DNA of 64,000 nucleotides, from assembly GCA_030647775.1 (NCBI GenBank), contig JAUSJC010000010.1:264927-328926 (forward strand), written 5' to 3'. Origin of the DNA: Candidatus Curtissbacteria bacterium. GTDB lineage: Bacteria > Patescibacteriota > Microgenomatia > Curtissbacterales > GWA2-41-24. Shown here piece by piece: positions 19,326-29,343 of the stretch. The notes beneath the pieces are model-generated. The model had not been told where the DNA came from, searched no databases, and saw only the letters and a program-made list of their open reading frames with translations. A program made the translations under genes and the position numbers. The first letter of the stretch is position 1, and each line of letters starts with the position of its first letter.

Positions 19326-20831
19326 ATGCGCATTGAAAAAAAGAAATTAGAATTAATTATTATTGCCGCGGTCATTTTGATTGCAGTTTTTTTTCGCTTC
19401 TGGCAGATTCGTGATTATGTCGTCTTCTTGGGTGACGAAGGCCGCGATATGCTCGTTATGAGAAATATGATTCTGGAAAAACGTCCGGTTTTTCTTGGCC
19501 CGACAGCCTCTGTCGGGGGTTTTTACCTTGGCCCGATTTATTACTGGATGGCAGCTCCGTTTTTGGCACTTTGGCGCTTTGACCCCGTTGGCCCTTCCGT
19601 TATGGTTGCCACGTTCGGAGTCGCTACTGTCGTCCTTCTTTATAAGTTTTTAAGAGAAGTGGCAGGATTTTGGCCGGCAACTCTTGCCAGTCTTCTTTAT
19701 GCCATTGCCCCTTTAATTGTTCGGTACTCCAGGTCATCTTGGAACCCCAACCCTCTACCATTTTTCGCCCTTCTGCAAATCTATTCTGTCTATTTGGCAA
19801 TTACCAGGAAAAAGCCTTTGCTTTTTTTGGTTTCCGGTTTATGTTTTGGGGTAGCGATCCAACTGCATTATTTGGCGATTTCTCTTATTCCGATCTCGAT
19901 TGCAATAATCGTCTTAAATTCAAATTTCAAAAGTTGGCCCAAGGCGATTGCCTTGACATTTATCGGTGCTTTTATTACTTTTTCTCCTTTTTTAATATTC
20001 GAAGCAAGGCACGGTTTTCCAAACTTTCACACGATTTTAGAATTTGTAACCCGCAAAACGACTCACGGTTATCAAAGTCCGAATATAATCTGGGTTATTT
20101 CGAACTTTGGCAATATTTTATTGGAAGATATTGCAAAATTTAGCGGAACCATTCTTACTAAAGTTGCTTTTTGGAGTTTAAGCTTCGGCAGTATATTTAT
20201 TCTTGCCAAAAATTGGCAAAACGAGAAAAAGCGCCTTATCGGTTCAATTTGTGTCATTTGGTTTTTGGGGGGCTTGGCAGTTCTAAGGTTCTACTCCGGC
20301 CAGATATTCGATTACTATTTCGGTTTTATGTTTCCCGCGCCGTTTTTTGCGTTTGGTGTTGTTGTAGGGGAGTATTGGCAAAAGAATACTTTCAAGTTAA
20401 TTTTTATTTCCTTTACAATTTTTGCATCGGTACTATTTTTAAATAGAGGTTTTTGGCAAAGCCCCCCCAACCGTTTAATTAATCAGACTCAAACTATTGC
20501 GGATTATGTAATACAAAAGTCTCAAGGCGAGCCTTTCAATTTCGCTCTAATGTCAGACCATAATAGCGACCACGCGTATCGCTATTTTCTGGAAATCAGA
20601 GGGGCAAAACCTGTACAATTAGAAACGATGGTTACAGACCAGCTTCTAATAGTCTGTGAATCAAAAAAATGTTCCCCGCTTGGATATCCAAGCTGGGAGG
20701 TAGCCGGTTTTGGTAGAGGAGAAGTAAATGACCAGTGGGAACTGCCAAATTTTGGAATCCGGATTTTTCGTCTGACTCATTGGGCAGGTGCTCCCAACCC
20801 GGCCGGTAAACCCGCAGTCAAAGAACAATGA
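19326..20831 (+). CDS. Polytopic GT-C-type membrane glycosyltransferase (ArnT/PMT-like)
   Basis: Has at least 11 TM helices. The first loop reads VVFLGDEGRDMLV, placing the acidic motif where GT-C enzymes carry it. Follows the GtrB-GtrA fusion gene. Confidence 0.6.
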   Translation: MRIEKKKLELIIIAAVILIAVFFRFWQIRDYVVFLGDEGRDMLVMRNMILEKRPVFLGPTASVGGFYLGPIYYWMAAPFLALWRFDPVGPSVMVATFGVATVVLLYKFLREVAGFWPATLASLLYAIAPLIVRYSRSSWNPNPLPFFALLQIYSVYLAITRKKPLLFLVSGLCFGVAIQLHYLAISLIPISIAIIVLNSNFKSWPKAIALTFIGAFITFSPFLIFEARHGFPNFHTILEFVTRKTTHGYQSPNIIWVISNFGNILLEDIAKFSGTILTKVAFWSLSFGSIFILAKNWQNEKKRLIGSICVIWFLGGLAVLRFYSGQIFDYYFGFMFPAPFFAFGVVVGEYWQKNTFKLIFISFTIFASVLFLNRGFWQSPPNRLINQTQTIADYVIQKSQGEPFNFALMSDHNSDHAYRYFLEIRGAKPVQLETMVTDQLLIVCESKKCSPLGYPSWEVAGFGRGEVNDQWELPNFGIRIFRLTHWAGAPNPAGKPAVKEQ

Positions 20832-21748
20832 AATTAAAACACATTATATCTTCAAAACAGTTCGAGAAAAGTTTTATCCGATCTATTTTTGAAAAGGCCG
20901 ATCAGATTAAAAGCGGCAGATATAATAAAAATATTCTTGCCGGTAGAATAATGGCGACACTCTTTTACGAACCCTCAACAAGGACAAGATTTTCTTTCGA
21001 GTCGGCGATGCAAAGGCTTGGCGGCAGCGTCATCTCAACCGAAAATGCATACCAGTTCTCTTCCGCTGCCAAAGGGGAAACAATTGAGGATACTATTAGG
21101 ATTGTAAGCTCCTACAGCGATGTCATTGTCTTGAGGCACGACACGCTCGGCGCTTCCCAAGTAGCGGCAAGTCTTTCAAAAGTCCCCGTTATCAACGCCG
21201 GGGACGGAAATGGTGAGCACCCCACACAAGCGCTTCTCGATCTTTATACAATTTTCTCAAAATTCAAAACCCCCGATTTTACAGTTATCATGATTGGTGA
21301 TCTTCTAAACGGAAGAACAATTCACTCGCTATCGTATCTACTTTCACTTTACCCAAAAATCAAAATTATTTTTGTTTCACCAAAAGCGCTGGCCATTCCC
21401 AAAACCTTAAAGAGTCATTTAATTGCTACCAAAATTGATTTTACCGAAACAGAAGATTTTGATTTTGCCTTAAAGAAAGCGGACGTAATTTACCAGACAA
21501 GAATTCAAAAAGAAAGGTTTAAAACAAAAAACGATTATAAGAAATATTTTGGAAGGTTCATCATTGATGAAAGTACTTTGCAAAAGATTAAACCAAGAAG
21601 TATCATTATGCACCCTCTGCCAAGAATTAACGAAATTGCACCTAGTGTTGATTCTGACCCCCGTGCCCTTTACTTCCAGCAGGCGGCAAATGGCGTTTAC
21701 ATTAGAATGGCCCTTCTGCTTTATCTCCTTGGCCCGAAAAATCAATGA
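20828..21748 (+). CDS. pyrB: Aspartate carbamoyltransferase catalytic subunit
   Basis: STRTRFSFE, HPTQALLD (ATCase-type HPTQ rather than the OTC-type HPCQ) and HPLPR. Confidence 0.85.
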   Translation: MKLKHIISSKQFEKSFIRSIFEKADQIKSGRYNKNILAGRIMATLFYEPSTRTRFSFESAMQRLGGSVISTENAYQFSSAAKGETIEDTIRIVSSYSDVIVLRHDTLGASQVAASLSKVPVINAGDGNGEHPTQALLDLYTIFSKFKTPDFTVIMIGDLLNGRTIHSLSYLLSLYPKIKIIFVSPKALAIPKTLKSHLIATKIDFTETEDFDFALKKADVIYQTRIQKERFKTKNDYKKYFGRFIIDESTLQKIKPRSIIMHPLPRINEIAPSVDSDPRALYFQQAANGVYIRMALLLYLLGPKNQ

Positions 21749-21771
21749 TAATTTTCGGGCTTTGACAAAGC
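21732..21771. promoter_or_regulatory. Hairpin spanning the pyrB stop codon, then the perfect 13-bp palindrome GCTTTGACAAAGC
   Basis: gcccgaaaa...ttttcgggc forms a 9-bp stem at 21732-21760, followed by gctttgacaaagc at 21759-21771. A second copy, GCTTTGTCAAAGC, lies at 22662-22674. Confidence 0.35.
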
Positions 21772-21801
21772 AGAGTCCTCAAAGCGATAATTATTCTTAC
21801 A

Positions 21802-22623
21802 ATGAAACCAAATCCGCTAGGCCCGCAGTCGAGTCTTGACTCGACGAGGACCGCAAGGAAGTTAACCGAAGGAAAACTTCCTTATCTTTCAGTTATCATC
21901 CCGGCTTACAATGAAGAACCAAATTTCGAAAAAGGTCTTCTCGAGGCTGTCCCCAAATATTTGGAAAAACAAAATTATTCTTATGAAATCTTAATTGTAG
22001 ATGATGGCTCGCTCGACCAGACGGCAAAACTTTGCCAGGGCTTTGCCCAAAAACATAAAAATGTCCGGGTCATCAAAAACCCCCATCAGGGGAAAGCTGA
22101 AACGGTGAAAAAGGGAGTCCAAGAAGCAGGTGGTGAGTACATACTCTTTACCGATTTTGATCAGGCGACCCCAATTTCCGAAATTGAAAAACTTATGCCT
22201 TTTTTTCCACAGTATGATATTGTCATCGGCTCCCGTCAGCTCCCCGGTGCCAAGCGCGAAAAAGAATCATTGCACCGTCATTTAATGGGTTTAGTGTTTA
22301 ATATGATTGTCCAGACAATCGCCGTTAGGGGGATTTGGGACACTCAAGCCGGTTTTAAATGCTTCAAGAAAGAAGTTGCAAAAGAACTATTTGGACAGCT
22401 TAAAGTCTACGGAAAAGGCAAGCAGATCCAAGGGGCTTTAGTTACTGCTTTTGATGTTGAACTTCTTTTTATTGCCAGAAAGAAAGGCTACAAAATAAAA
22501 GAAGTACCTATCATGTGGCACGCTGTTGAGACAACGCGGGTCAGCCCGCTTAAAGATTCCGTAAGGATGTTTCGGGACGTCCTCAAAGTCCGCCTAAACG
22601 ATATTAAGGGTGTCTATAAATAA
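21802..22623 (+). CDS. GT2 glycosyltransferase (Dpm1/GtrB-like polyprenol-phosphate sugar synthase)
   Basis: LSVIIPAYNEE, the D-x-D of VDDGSLD, and a DPM-synthase-like length. Confidence 0.75.
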   Translation: MKPNPLGPQSSLDSTRTARKLTEGKLPYLSVIIPAYNEEPNFEKGLLEAVPKYLEKQNYSYEILIVDDGSLDQTAKLCQGFAQKHKNVRVIKNPHQGKAETVKKGVQEAGGEYILFTDFDQATPISEIEKLMPFFPQYDIVIGSRQLPGAKREKESLHRHLMGLVFNMIVQTIAVRGIWDTQAGFKCFKKEVAKELFGQLKVYGKGKQIQGALVTAFDVELLFIARKKGYKIKEVPIMWHAVETTRVSPLKDSVRMFRDVLKVRLNDIKGVYK

Positions 22624-22687
22624 ATTGAATCTCCGATCTTATTCAGTTAGTTCCTAATTTGGCTTTGTCAAAGCAATTTAGGTAGAA

Positions 22688-23899
22688 TTGTCTAAAGTGT
22701 CCAAACTCGAAAAAATACTCCTTGCGGCAAACGTCCTTCTATATGGTTTCTTAGCCGTATTCTCCTACGCTTATGTTGATTTGAACCTGACACTTTCCCA
22801 AAACCCTGCCGCGCTCGAATTTGTCGGCCTCATGCAGCAGCTTGGCTATTATCACCGCCCCCAGGCGACCTTTATATATGTAATCTTTATAGCTGTCGCC
22901 TTCTCTTTTTTCGTCTTGAATTTATTTCTTTTTGCCAAATCAAAAATCAGCCTTAAATATCTCAAGGTTGCCACCGTCGTAAATACGCTGATACTTATCT
23001 TTGCCTACCCGTTTTTGTCATCGGACCTTTTTAATTATCTTTTTGACGCCAAAATCATTACCCATTATCACGTCAGTCCATACAATCATCGCGCCTTGGA
23101 TTTTCCCCAAGACGATTGGATCCGTTTCATGCGCTGGGTTCACCGCTATTCTCCCTATGGCCCGGCCTGGCTTGGGATGTCACTTATTCCCTCATTCCTT
23201 GGATTTGGAAAATTCCTATTAACGTTTTTTACTTTCAAAGTTTTTATCGGCATTTTCCATCTGGTTAACAGCAGAATTATCTATAAAGTTTTGGAGAAAG
23301 TTAACCCAAAACAAGCTCTTTTTGGCACCGCTTTTTACGCCCTTAATCCGCTGTTTTTAATTGAGGGTATTGCCAATGGCCACAATGATCTCGTTTTTGC
23401 CACATTTTTACTTCTCCCGATTTATTTTTCTCTCGCCAAACGGAAAGAAATCTTATTCGCCGCGACTTTTTTAATAGGGGTACTTATTAAATATATTTCA
23501 GTTTTAAATCTTCCTTGGTACATAGTGAGGACTTATTTGAAAAAACCAAAAGGCTTTGAAAATTTTGTAATTTTAAATATCCTAACAATGGCCGTCTTTA
23601 CCTTTTTATACTCGACCTTCAGGATTACCGTCCCATTTGTTTCTTCCGGTAGCACTCAAGTCCAGTTTCAGCCATGGTATCTTTTCTGGACAATACCGCT
23701 TATCGCTTTTATTCCCAATCCTTTCTATATGGCAGTCGCAATAATTTTGGTAATTGGATCAATGTTGCGTTATCTTCCGTTTATCTATTTCGGCGACTGG
23801 TCCACGCCCGGAACCATCCAGTATATGCGCCTAGTAACTGTTCTGCCTACTTTTATAGCATTATTTGTAGTTGCGGTTCTAAAATTTAGGAAAAGATGA
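22688..23899 (+). CDS. Polytopic integral membrane protein, possible GT-C glycosyltransferase
   Basis: 403 aa with about 11 TM helices and a TTG start. No specific family recognised. Confidence 0.45.
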   Translation: MSKVSKLEKILLAANVLLYGFLAVFSYAYVDLNLTLSQNPAALEFVGLMQQLGYYHRPQATFIYVIFIAVAFSFFVLNLFLFAKSKISLKYLKVATVVNTLILIFAYPFLSSDLFNYLFDAKIITHYHVSPYNHRALDFPQDDWIRFMRWVHRYSPYGPAWLGMSLIPSFLGFGKFLLTFFTFKVFIGIFHLVNSRIIYKVLEKVNPKQALFGTAFYALNPLFLIEGIANGHNDLVFATFLLLPIYFSLAKRKEILFAATFLIGVLIKYISVLNLPWYIVRTYLKKPKGFENFVILNILTMAVFTFLYSTFRITVPFVSSGSTQVQFQPWYLFWTIPLIAFIPNPFYMAVAIILVIGSMLRYLPFIYFGDWSTPGTIQYMRLVTVLPTFIALFVVAVLKFRKR

Positions 23900-25356
23900 A
23901 AAAAACCTATTTTGCCCTTGCAATAATTTTAACAGTTGCAGCACTTTTGAGAATTCCACTAGTTGCCCAGGGCTTTTTTGCTTTTACCTACGACCAGGGA
24001 AGGGATTTTCTGGCAGTTAGTCAAATAGTCGAAACTCATAAAATTCCCTTAATCGGCCCTACAACCGGGTTGCAGGGAATTTTCTACGGGCCGTGGTGGT
24101 ATTATTTCTTAGTCCCATTATTTCTTATAACAAACGGTAATCCCACTGGCATAGCTCTAGCCTTTTCCGTTATTGGCATTATTAATGTTTTTCTTTTTTT
24201 CTTTCTCATTAAAAAAATCACCGGCAGCGATCTTGCCGCGCTTGGAGTCGCCGCTATTGCCGCAATGTCTTCGGTTTTTCTGACATCCTCCAGCCAAATT
24301 TGGAGTCCGTCTTTGGTTTTACCGCTTATGCTGCTTTATGTTTACTCCCTCGTAAAAATTTTTGAAAAGCACACAAAACTCTGGTTTTTTCTGCTTGGTT
24401 TATCATCAGCTTTGGTTATGGAAAGTGGCGCAGCCTTCGGGATAGTACTTATAATTTCAACCTTTATCGCATTTATCTTCTTCTCTAAAGATTTTTTTAG
24501 GAAAAATCTAATCTTCTTTTTCTTGGGACTGATGCTGATTTTCTTGCCGAGAATAATTTTTGAATTGCGGCATAACTTTCTTATTACAAAATCCACTGTT
24601 GATTGGCTTAGCCATCCGAGGGTTTATCAGGAAAAGTTGAATATCCTCCAAAGGTTTTTTATAAGGATTGATCTTTTCGATTGGAATTTAGCCCAAACAT
24701 TCACCCGGTCAAATAAAATTTTAACACTTATACCGATACTGGCAATTGTCCTTGGCCTTAAACTTTCAAAGTTTAAACTCCTCAAAAATAAGCTTTTCAA
24801 ATTTCTTTCAATATTAACCATCATCATACTTTTGGGTTTCACTATTTACCCGGATGCGCTTTGGGATTACTACTTAGTCGGTTTACCGCAAATCGCCCTT
24901 ACCATTTTTGCCATCAGCATTGCGCATCTATTGTCTTATGCAAAAAAACTTGCCATTTCCATTTTGACTCTGACAATTATCTTGGGGTTTAACACCCAAT
25001 TACTCTCCCCATTTTTAATTACTTGGCTTGGAGACGGGGCTATATACCGTAACCAAAAGATGGTTATGGACTATATTGCATCCCAAAAGCCGCAAAATTA
25101 CAGTTTTTACGCTTATACACCGGCCATTTTTGATTACCCTTTCGACTACATTGTCGATTGGTATGCTAGAAGAGGTTTGATAGAAAAGCCCAAAAGCATG
25201 CAAAAATCTTTTTACTTGGTGATCAGAGATAAAAGTAATAAAAAGTATTTTAACGAGGGATGGTATGGGGATAAAACCAGGGATAAAACCCAAGTAATTG
25301 ATAAAAAAGAATTTCCCGGCGATTTACTTTTGGAAAAGCATATCAGAAATGATTAA
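23896..25356 (+). CDS. GT-C membrane glycosyltransferase (ArnT/PMT-like)
   Basis: Polytopic. The first loop FAFTYDQGRDFL carries the acidic motif, and there is a C-terminal soluble domain. Confidence 0.55.
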   Translation: MKKTYFALAIILTVAALLRIPLVAQGFFAFTYDQGRDFLAVSQIVETHKIPLIGPTTGLQGIFYGPWWYYFLVPLFLITNGNPTGIALAFSVIGIINVFLFFFLIKKITGSDLAALGVAAIAAMSSVFLTSSSQIWSPSLVLPLMLLYVYSLVKIFEKHTKLWFFLLGLSSALVMESGAAFGIVLIISTFIAFIFFSKDFFRKNLIFFFLGLMLIFLPRIIFELRHNFLITKSTVDWLSHPRVYQEKLNILQRFFIRIDLFDWNLAQTFTRSNKILTLIPILAIVLGLKLSKFKLLKNKLFKFLSILTIIILLGFTIYPDALWDYYLVGLPQIALTIFAISIAHLLSYAKKLAISILTLTIILGFNTQLLSPFLITWLGDGAIYRNQKMVMDYIASQKPQNYSFYAYTPAIFDYPFDYIVDWYARRGLIEKPKSMQKSFYLVIRDKSNKKYFNEGWYGDKTRDKTQVIDKKEFPGDLLLEKHIRND

Positions 25357-27754
25357 ATCCAAAATCTTTCCTATTATATTTATAACTCTTGTAACGTGTC
25401 TTATCTTTTTCAAGATTTTTAGCCGTGGCCTTTATCCAATCCCCGGTGACCTGTTAGTCTCCTTTTATTTCCCTTGGTATTCGGGGAATTGGCAGGGCTA
25501 TAATCCCTGGACTACCCATAAGGAGCTTCTAAACGCCGATAGTATCCGCCAGATTTATCCCTGGAAAGAATTTGCCGTTCGCGAGTTTAAAAAGGGAAAT
25601 TTTCCGCTCTGGAATCCTTACACCTTTTCCGGCCAGCCGCTTGCCGCCAATTTTCAGTCCAGCGTCTATTATCCTTTTAATATCTTTTACTTTTTGCTGG
25701 ACCCCAAAAACGCCTGGATCGTCCTAATTATTATGCAGCCATTTTTGGGCGGCATTTTTATGTATTTGCTCGTAAGGAGTTTCAAACAATCCCGAACCGC
25801 TTCACTTTTTGCCTCCGTCGCCTTCATGTTTTCCAGCTACTTAATCACCTGGATGGAAAACGGCAATATTGGGAATAGTTACATTTGGCTGCCGCTTGCC
25901 TTTTTTTCAATTATTAAGTATTTCCAACATGCGAAGTTCCGCTATATTTTAATTCTCTCGCTGTCTCTTGCGCTTTCCATATTGGGCGGACATCCGCAAA
26001 CCGCTATTTATATTTATATAGCAACTTTCCTTTTCTGGATTTACAAATCGAGAGAGGGGAGACGAAAGTATTTTTCAAGCACCTTGATTTTTCTTTTTGC
26101 CGCGCTGTCATCACTGCTAGTTAGCTCTATTCAAATCATCCCGACAGCTTATTTTTATAAAGTCTCACCCATATCTTTGCCGTTTTCCAAAGAAGTTTTC
26201 GACAGGTCGATTCTCCCTTTTCAAAACCTGGTTACTTTCTTTGCCAGTGATTTTTTTGGTCATCCGGGAAACAATAATTTCTGGAGTTTTTCCTATGGCG
26301 ATTTCACGCCATATTTCGGAGTAGTTCCGCTTATTTTTTCCCTATGGGCAATTATCAAATTATGGAAAAATAATTTTGTAAAATTTGCGTCCGTTGCATC
26401 AGCCTTTTTTATTATCTGCGCAGTCAATGGCCCCATCACGGCGTTTATTAAGGTAGCTAAAATTCCGCTAATCGACTCAACTACCCCCTCCCGCTTCATT
26501 TCTATTTCAATTTTTCTCATGGTTATTTTATCGGCTTTCGGCGTAGGCGATTTTCTGAAAAATCTGAAAGATATCAAATACCAAAAAAGGTTTTTAAGGT
26601 TTCTTTTCCCGATTCTCGCGCTTTATGCTTTTCTTTGGGTCTTTGCCGTTTTTGGTACCAAATTTCTTCCTCAAACCGAAATTTGGAGCATCAATTTGGC
26701 GGTTACCAGAAGGAATTTAATTCTGCCGACTTTAATGTTTCTTTCGATTTTTGGCCTCACTTCCGGTCTTATATTCATAAGCCCGGTAAAAAAATTCGGC
26801 TACCTAATTTCCGTCTGTGGAATATTTTTCGTAACCCTTTTAGGAGGAGTTTACTTTAGTAATAAATTCATGCCGACTGCCCCAAAAAGTTTTATCTTTC
26901 CGGATCACCCATTGTTTAATTGGTTATCGACGAGTGCCGGGTTGGATAGATTTTACGGCGGGGGAACGGCCCACATTGATTTTAATTTTCCTACCCATTA
27001 CCAAATTTACGGCGCGGAAGGTTACGATACCTTGAGGCTTGAGCGCTATGCCCAGCTGCTGGCGTCATCGTTCTCGGGCTCTGTTCCCAAAACTTATTTA
27101 AGGTCGGACGGAGTATTTCCATCTGCCGAAAACGGGTATAGAAAAAGGTTATTTGAACTCTTGGGTGTTAAATACCTCTTGGACAAAGAAGACAATCCCA
27201 AAACAGGCAGCGACTGGCATTACGAAAGATTTTCCGGCGATAGTGTTGAAGGTTTTTGGCAATATGACAAGTTCCAGGTTTATAGAAGGCGGGAAGTTCT
27301 ACCAAGAATATTTCAAACGACCAAATATTATGTTGCTAAAAATGATAGTGACATAATCCAAAAAATTTACGATCCCAACTATGACCTCCGGCGGATTATT
27401 ATTGAAAAAGATCCGCCCTTAACAATTACCGAGTCAAGCGGGGATCTCGTTATCCCAAAAGTGGAAAAATATGATTCTGATCAGATTTTAATTTCCACCA
27501 GTGATAAGAGTAGTTCACTTCTTTTTCTTTCCGATGCTTATGATAAGGACTGGAATGTATATATCGATAGTCAAAAATCCCAAATTCTTCGTGCCAATTA
27601 CGCCCTTAGGGCAGTAGCTGTCCCCAGTGGAAATCATCAGGTTGCATTTAAATATCAGCCAAAATCATTTACATTGGGCGCATTGGCAACACTCTTTTCA
27701 ATTGTAGGTCTTGCTGCCATCTCTGCCTATCTTGTAAAAAAGAAGAAATTCTGA
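25349..27754 (+). CDS. YfhO-family GT-C membrane glycosyltransferase (paralog 1)
   Basis: About 800 aa. FPLWNPYTFSGQPLAANFQS is shared with the 42621 paralog. A C-terminal DKDWNVYIDSQ beta domain and a final TM are present. Start taken at the ATG overlapping the upstream stop. Confidence 0.7.
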   Translation: MIKSKIFPIIFITLVTCLIFFKIFSRGLYPIPGDLLVSFYFPWYSGNWQGYNPWTTHKELLNADSIRQIYPWKEFAVREFKKGNFPLWNPYTFSGQPLAANFQSSVYYPFNIFYFLLDPKNAWIVLIIMQPFLGGIFMYLLVRSFKQSRTASLFASVAFMFSSYLITWMENGNIGNSYIWLPLAFFSIIKYFQHAKFRYILILSLSLALSILGGHPQTAIYIYIATFLFWIYKSREGRRKYFSSTLIFLFAALSSLLVSSIQIIPTAYFYKVSPISLPFSKEVFDRSILPFQNLVTFFASDFFGHPGNNNFWSFSYGDFTPYFGVVPLIFSLWAIIKLWKNNFVKFASVASAFFIICAVNGPITAFIKVAKIPLIDSTTPSRFISISIFLMVILSAFGVGDFLKNLKDIKYQKRFLRFLFPILALYAFLWVFAVFGTKFLPQTEIWSINLAVTRRNLILPTLMFLSIFGLTSGLIFISPVKKFGYLISVCGIFFVTLLGGVYFSNKFMPTAPKSFIFPDHPLFNWLSTSAGLDRFYGGGTAHIDFNFPTHYQIYGAEGYDTLRLERYAQLLASSFSGSVPKTYLRSDGVFPSAENGYRKRLFELLGVKYLLDKEDNPKTGSDWHYERFSGDSVEGFWQYDKFQVYRRREVLPRIFQTTKYYVAKNDSDIIQKIYDPNYDLRRIIIEKDPPLTITESSGDLVIPKVEKYDSDQILISTSDKSSSLLFLSDAYDKDWNVYIDSQKSQILRANYALRAVAVPSGNHQVAFKYQPKSFTLGALATLFSIVGLAAISAYLVKKKKF

Positions 27755-29343
27755 TGAAAAAATTATTAGTAATTTTGTTTTTATTTTCACTAGTTTCGAT
27801 TTGGCCATTTTTTAAAATTGGATACTTTGAAAGCCATGACGGGGAGTGGATGGTCATTCGTTTTACGGCCTTTCACCAAACATTTAGGGCAGGGCAGTTC
27901 CCTGTCCGTTTTGTGGATAGATTAAATAGTAATTATGGCTATCCGGTTTTAAACTTCCTTTACCCCCTCCCTTTTTACCTGGCGGAAATTCCAAAGATTC
28001 TAGGTTTTAATTTCGTTGACAGCATCAAGGCCGTTTTTGCTATCTCGGCAGTCTTTTCATCTCTGGCCATGTTTTGGGCTCTTCGTCAGAAATTTGACAA
28101 ATATTCCGCTTTTGCCGGCAGTATCTTATATCTTTTTATCCCTTACAGGTTTGTCGATCTTTATGTCAGGGGTTCATTGGGTGAAAGCCTCGCCTTTGCT
28201 TTTGTGCCGCTTTGTTTCGGGGCAATTTTAAAAATCCAAAACGGCAAGAGAATTTATTTCCCTATCCTATCTGCGTCTATCGCTCTTTTAATTTTGTCTC
28301 ATAACGTGATTGCCTTTTTGTTTTTACCATTTTTTTTAATTATCTCCCTAGTCCTTATTAAGAAAAGCCGAATCTTTTTAGTTATGTCATTCTTACTTGG
28401 CATACTTATCTCTTCTTTTTTCACAGTCCCGGCACTTTACGATTTGAAGTTTGTGAGGCTTCCTCAAATTAAAATTGGCAATCCCCAAGATCATTTGGCA
28501 AATTTGATTGATCTGATTGTTCCTAAATGGGGATATGGACCAACCCCCAATGGCCAAAATGCCTTGCCGGTTCAATTTGGCATAGTGCCGCTATTTATTG
28601 CCCTAGCGGCCTTTTATTCACAAATGATTAAAAAAAACAGAAACGTCCTTGTCCAATTTCTTCTTGGCATTTTTGTCTTGATTGCTTTTCTTATGTCAAA
28701 ATTATCTGCCCTCTTTTGGACCAACTTGCCATTCTCAGACCTTATCCAGTTTCCCTGGAGATTGCTCTCAATAATAGTTTTTATTTCAAGTTTTCTTGCC
28801 GCTTACGTTATTGGTATCAGTAAGAATAAAAAAACCCTGACCGCCATTATGGTAGCCGCGAGTATCGCCTCGACCATTCTTTACACAAAACCTGCCGGTT
28901 TCACCGACAAAGGAGATGGTTTCTATTCCACCAATGAGGGCACAACAACGGTGCGGGATGAATATTTGCCCCTTTGGGTAAAAAAACAAAACCCGATAAG
29001 GGCAAACACCAAGATCCAAATAACCGGAGATAGCCCAGTCGAAGATCTAAACATCCGGCCTACTTCATATACTGCAACAATAAAATCGGATATTGATACG
29101 AACGTCCAAGTGAATTCAATTTATTTTCCCGGGTGGCAGGTCAAGATTGATGGTAAAATTACGCCGATAAATTATATGAATGATTTTGGCTTAATAAATT
29201 TCCAGTTGCCACGAGGGGAACACAAAGTTATAATCAAATACACGGAAACTCCGGTTCACACTGCCGCTGATTTAGTATCAATAGGTTCACTGTTGGCTGC
29301 TGGAATTTCCTTTTTCATTTTATGGCGAAAACAAAATTCTTAG
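27754..29343 (+). CDS. YfhO-superfamily-like polytopic membrane protein (paralog family with 34900 and 48911)
   Basis: N-terminus GYFESHDGEWMV...YPVLNFLYPLPFYL and a C-terminal YFPGWQVKIDGK motif like the YfhO C-domain. Confidence 0.55.
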   Translation: MKKLLVILFLFSLVSIWPFFKIGYFESHDGEWMVIRFTAFHQTFRAGQFPVRFVDRLNSNYGYPVLNFLYPLPFYLAEIPKILGFNFVDSIKAVFAISAVFSSLAMFWALRQKFDKYSAFAGSILYLFIPYRFVDLYVRGSLGESLAFAFVPLCFGAILKIQNGKRIYFPILSASIALLILSHNVIAFLFLPFFLIISLVLIKKSRIFLVMSFLLGILISSFFTVPALYDLKFVRLPQIKIGNPQDHLANLIDLIVPKWGYGPTPNGQNALPVQFGIVPLFIALAAFYSQMIKKNRNVLVQFLLGIFVLIAFLMSKLSALFWTNLPFSDLIQFPWRLLSIIVFISSFLAAYVIGISKNKKTLTAIMVAASIASTILYTKPAGFTDKGDGFYSTNEGTTTVRDEYLPLWVKKQNPIRANTKIQITGDSPVEDLNIRPTSYTATIKSDIDTNVQVNSIYFPGWQVKIDGKITPINYMNDFGLINFQLPRGEHKVIIKYTETPVHTAADLVSIGSLLAAGISFFILWRKQNS

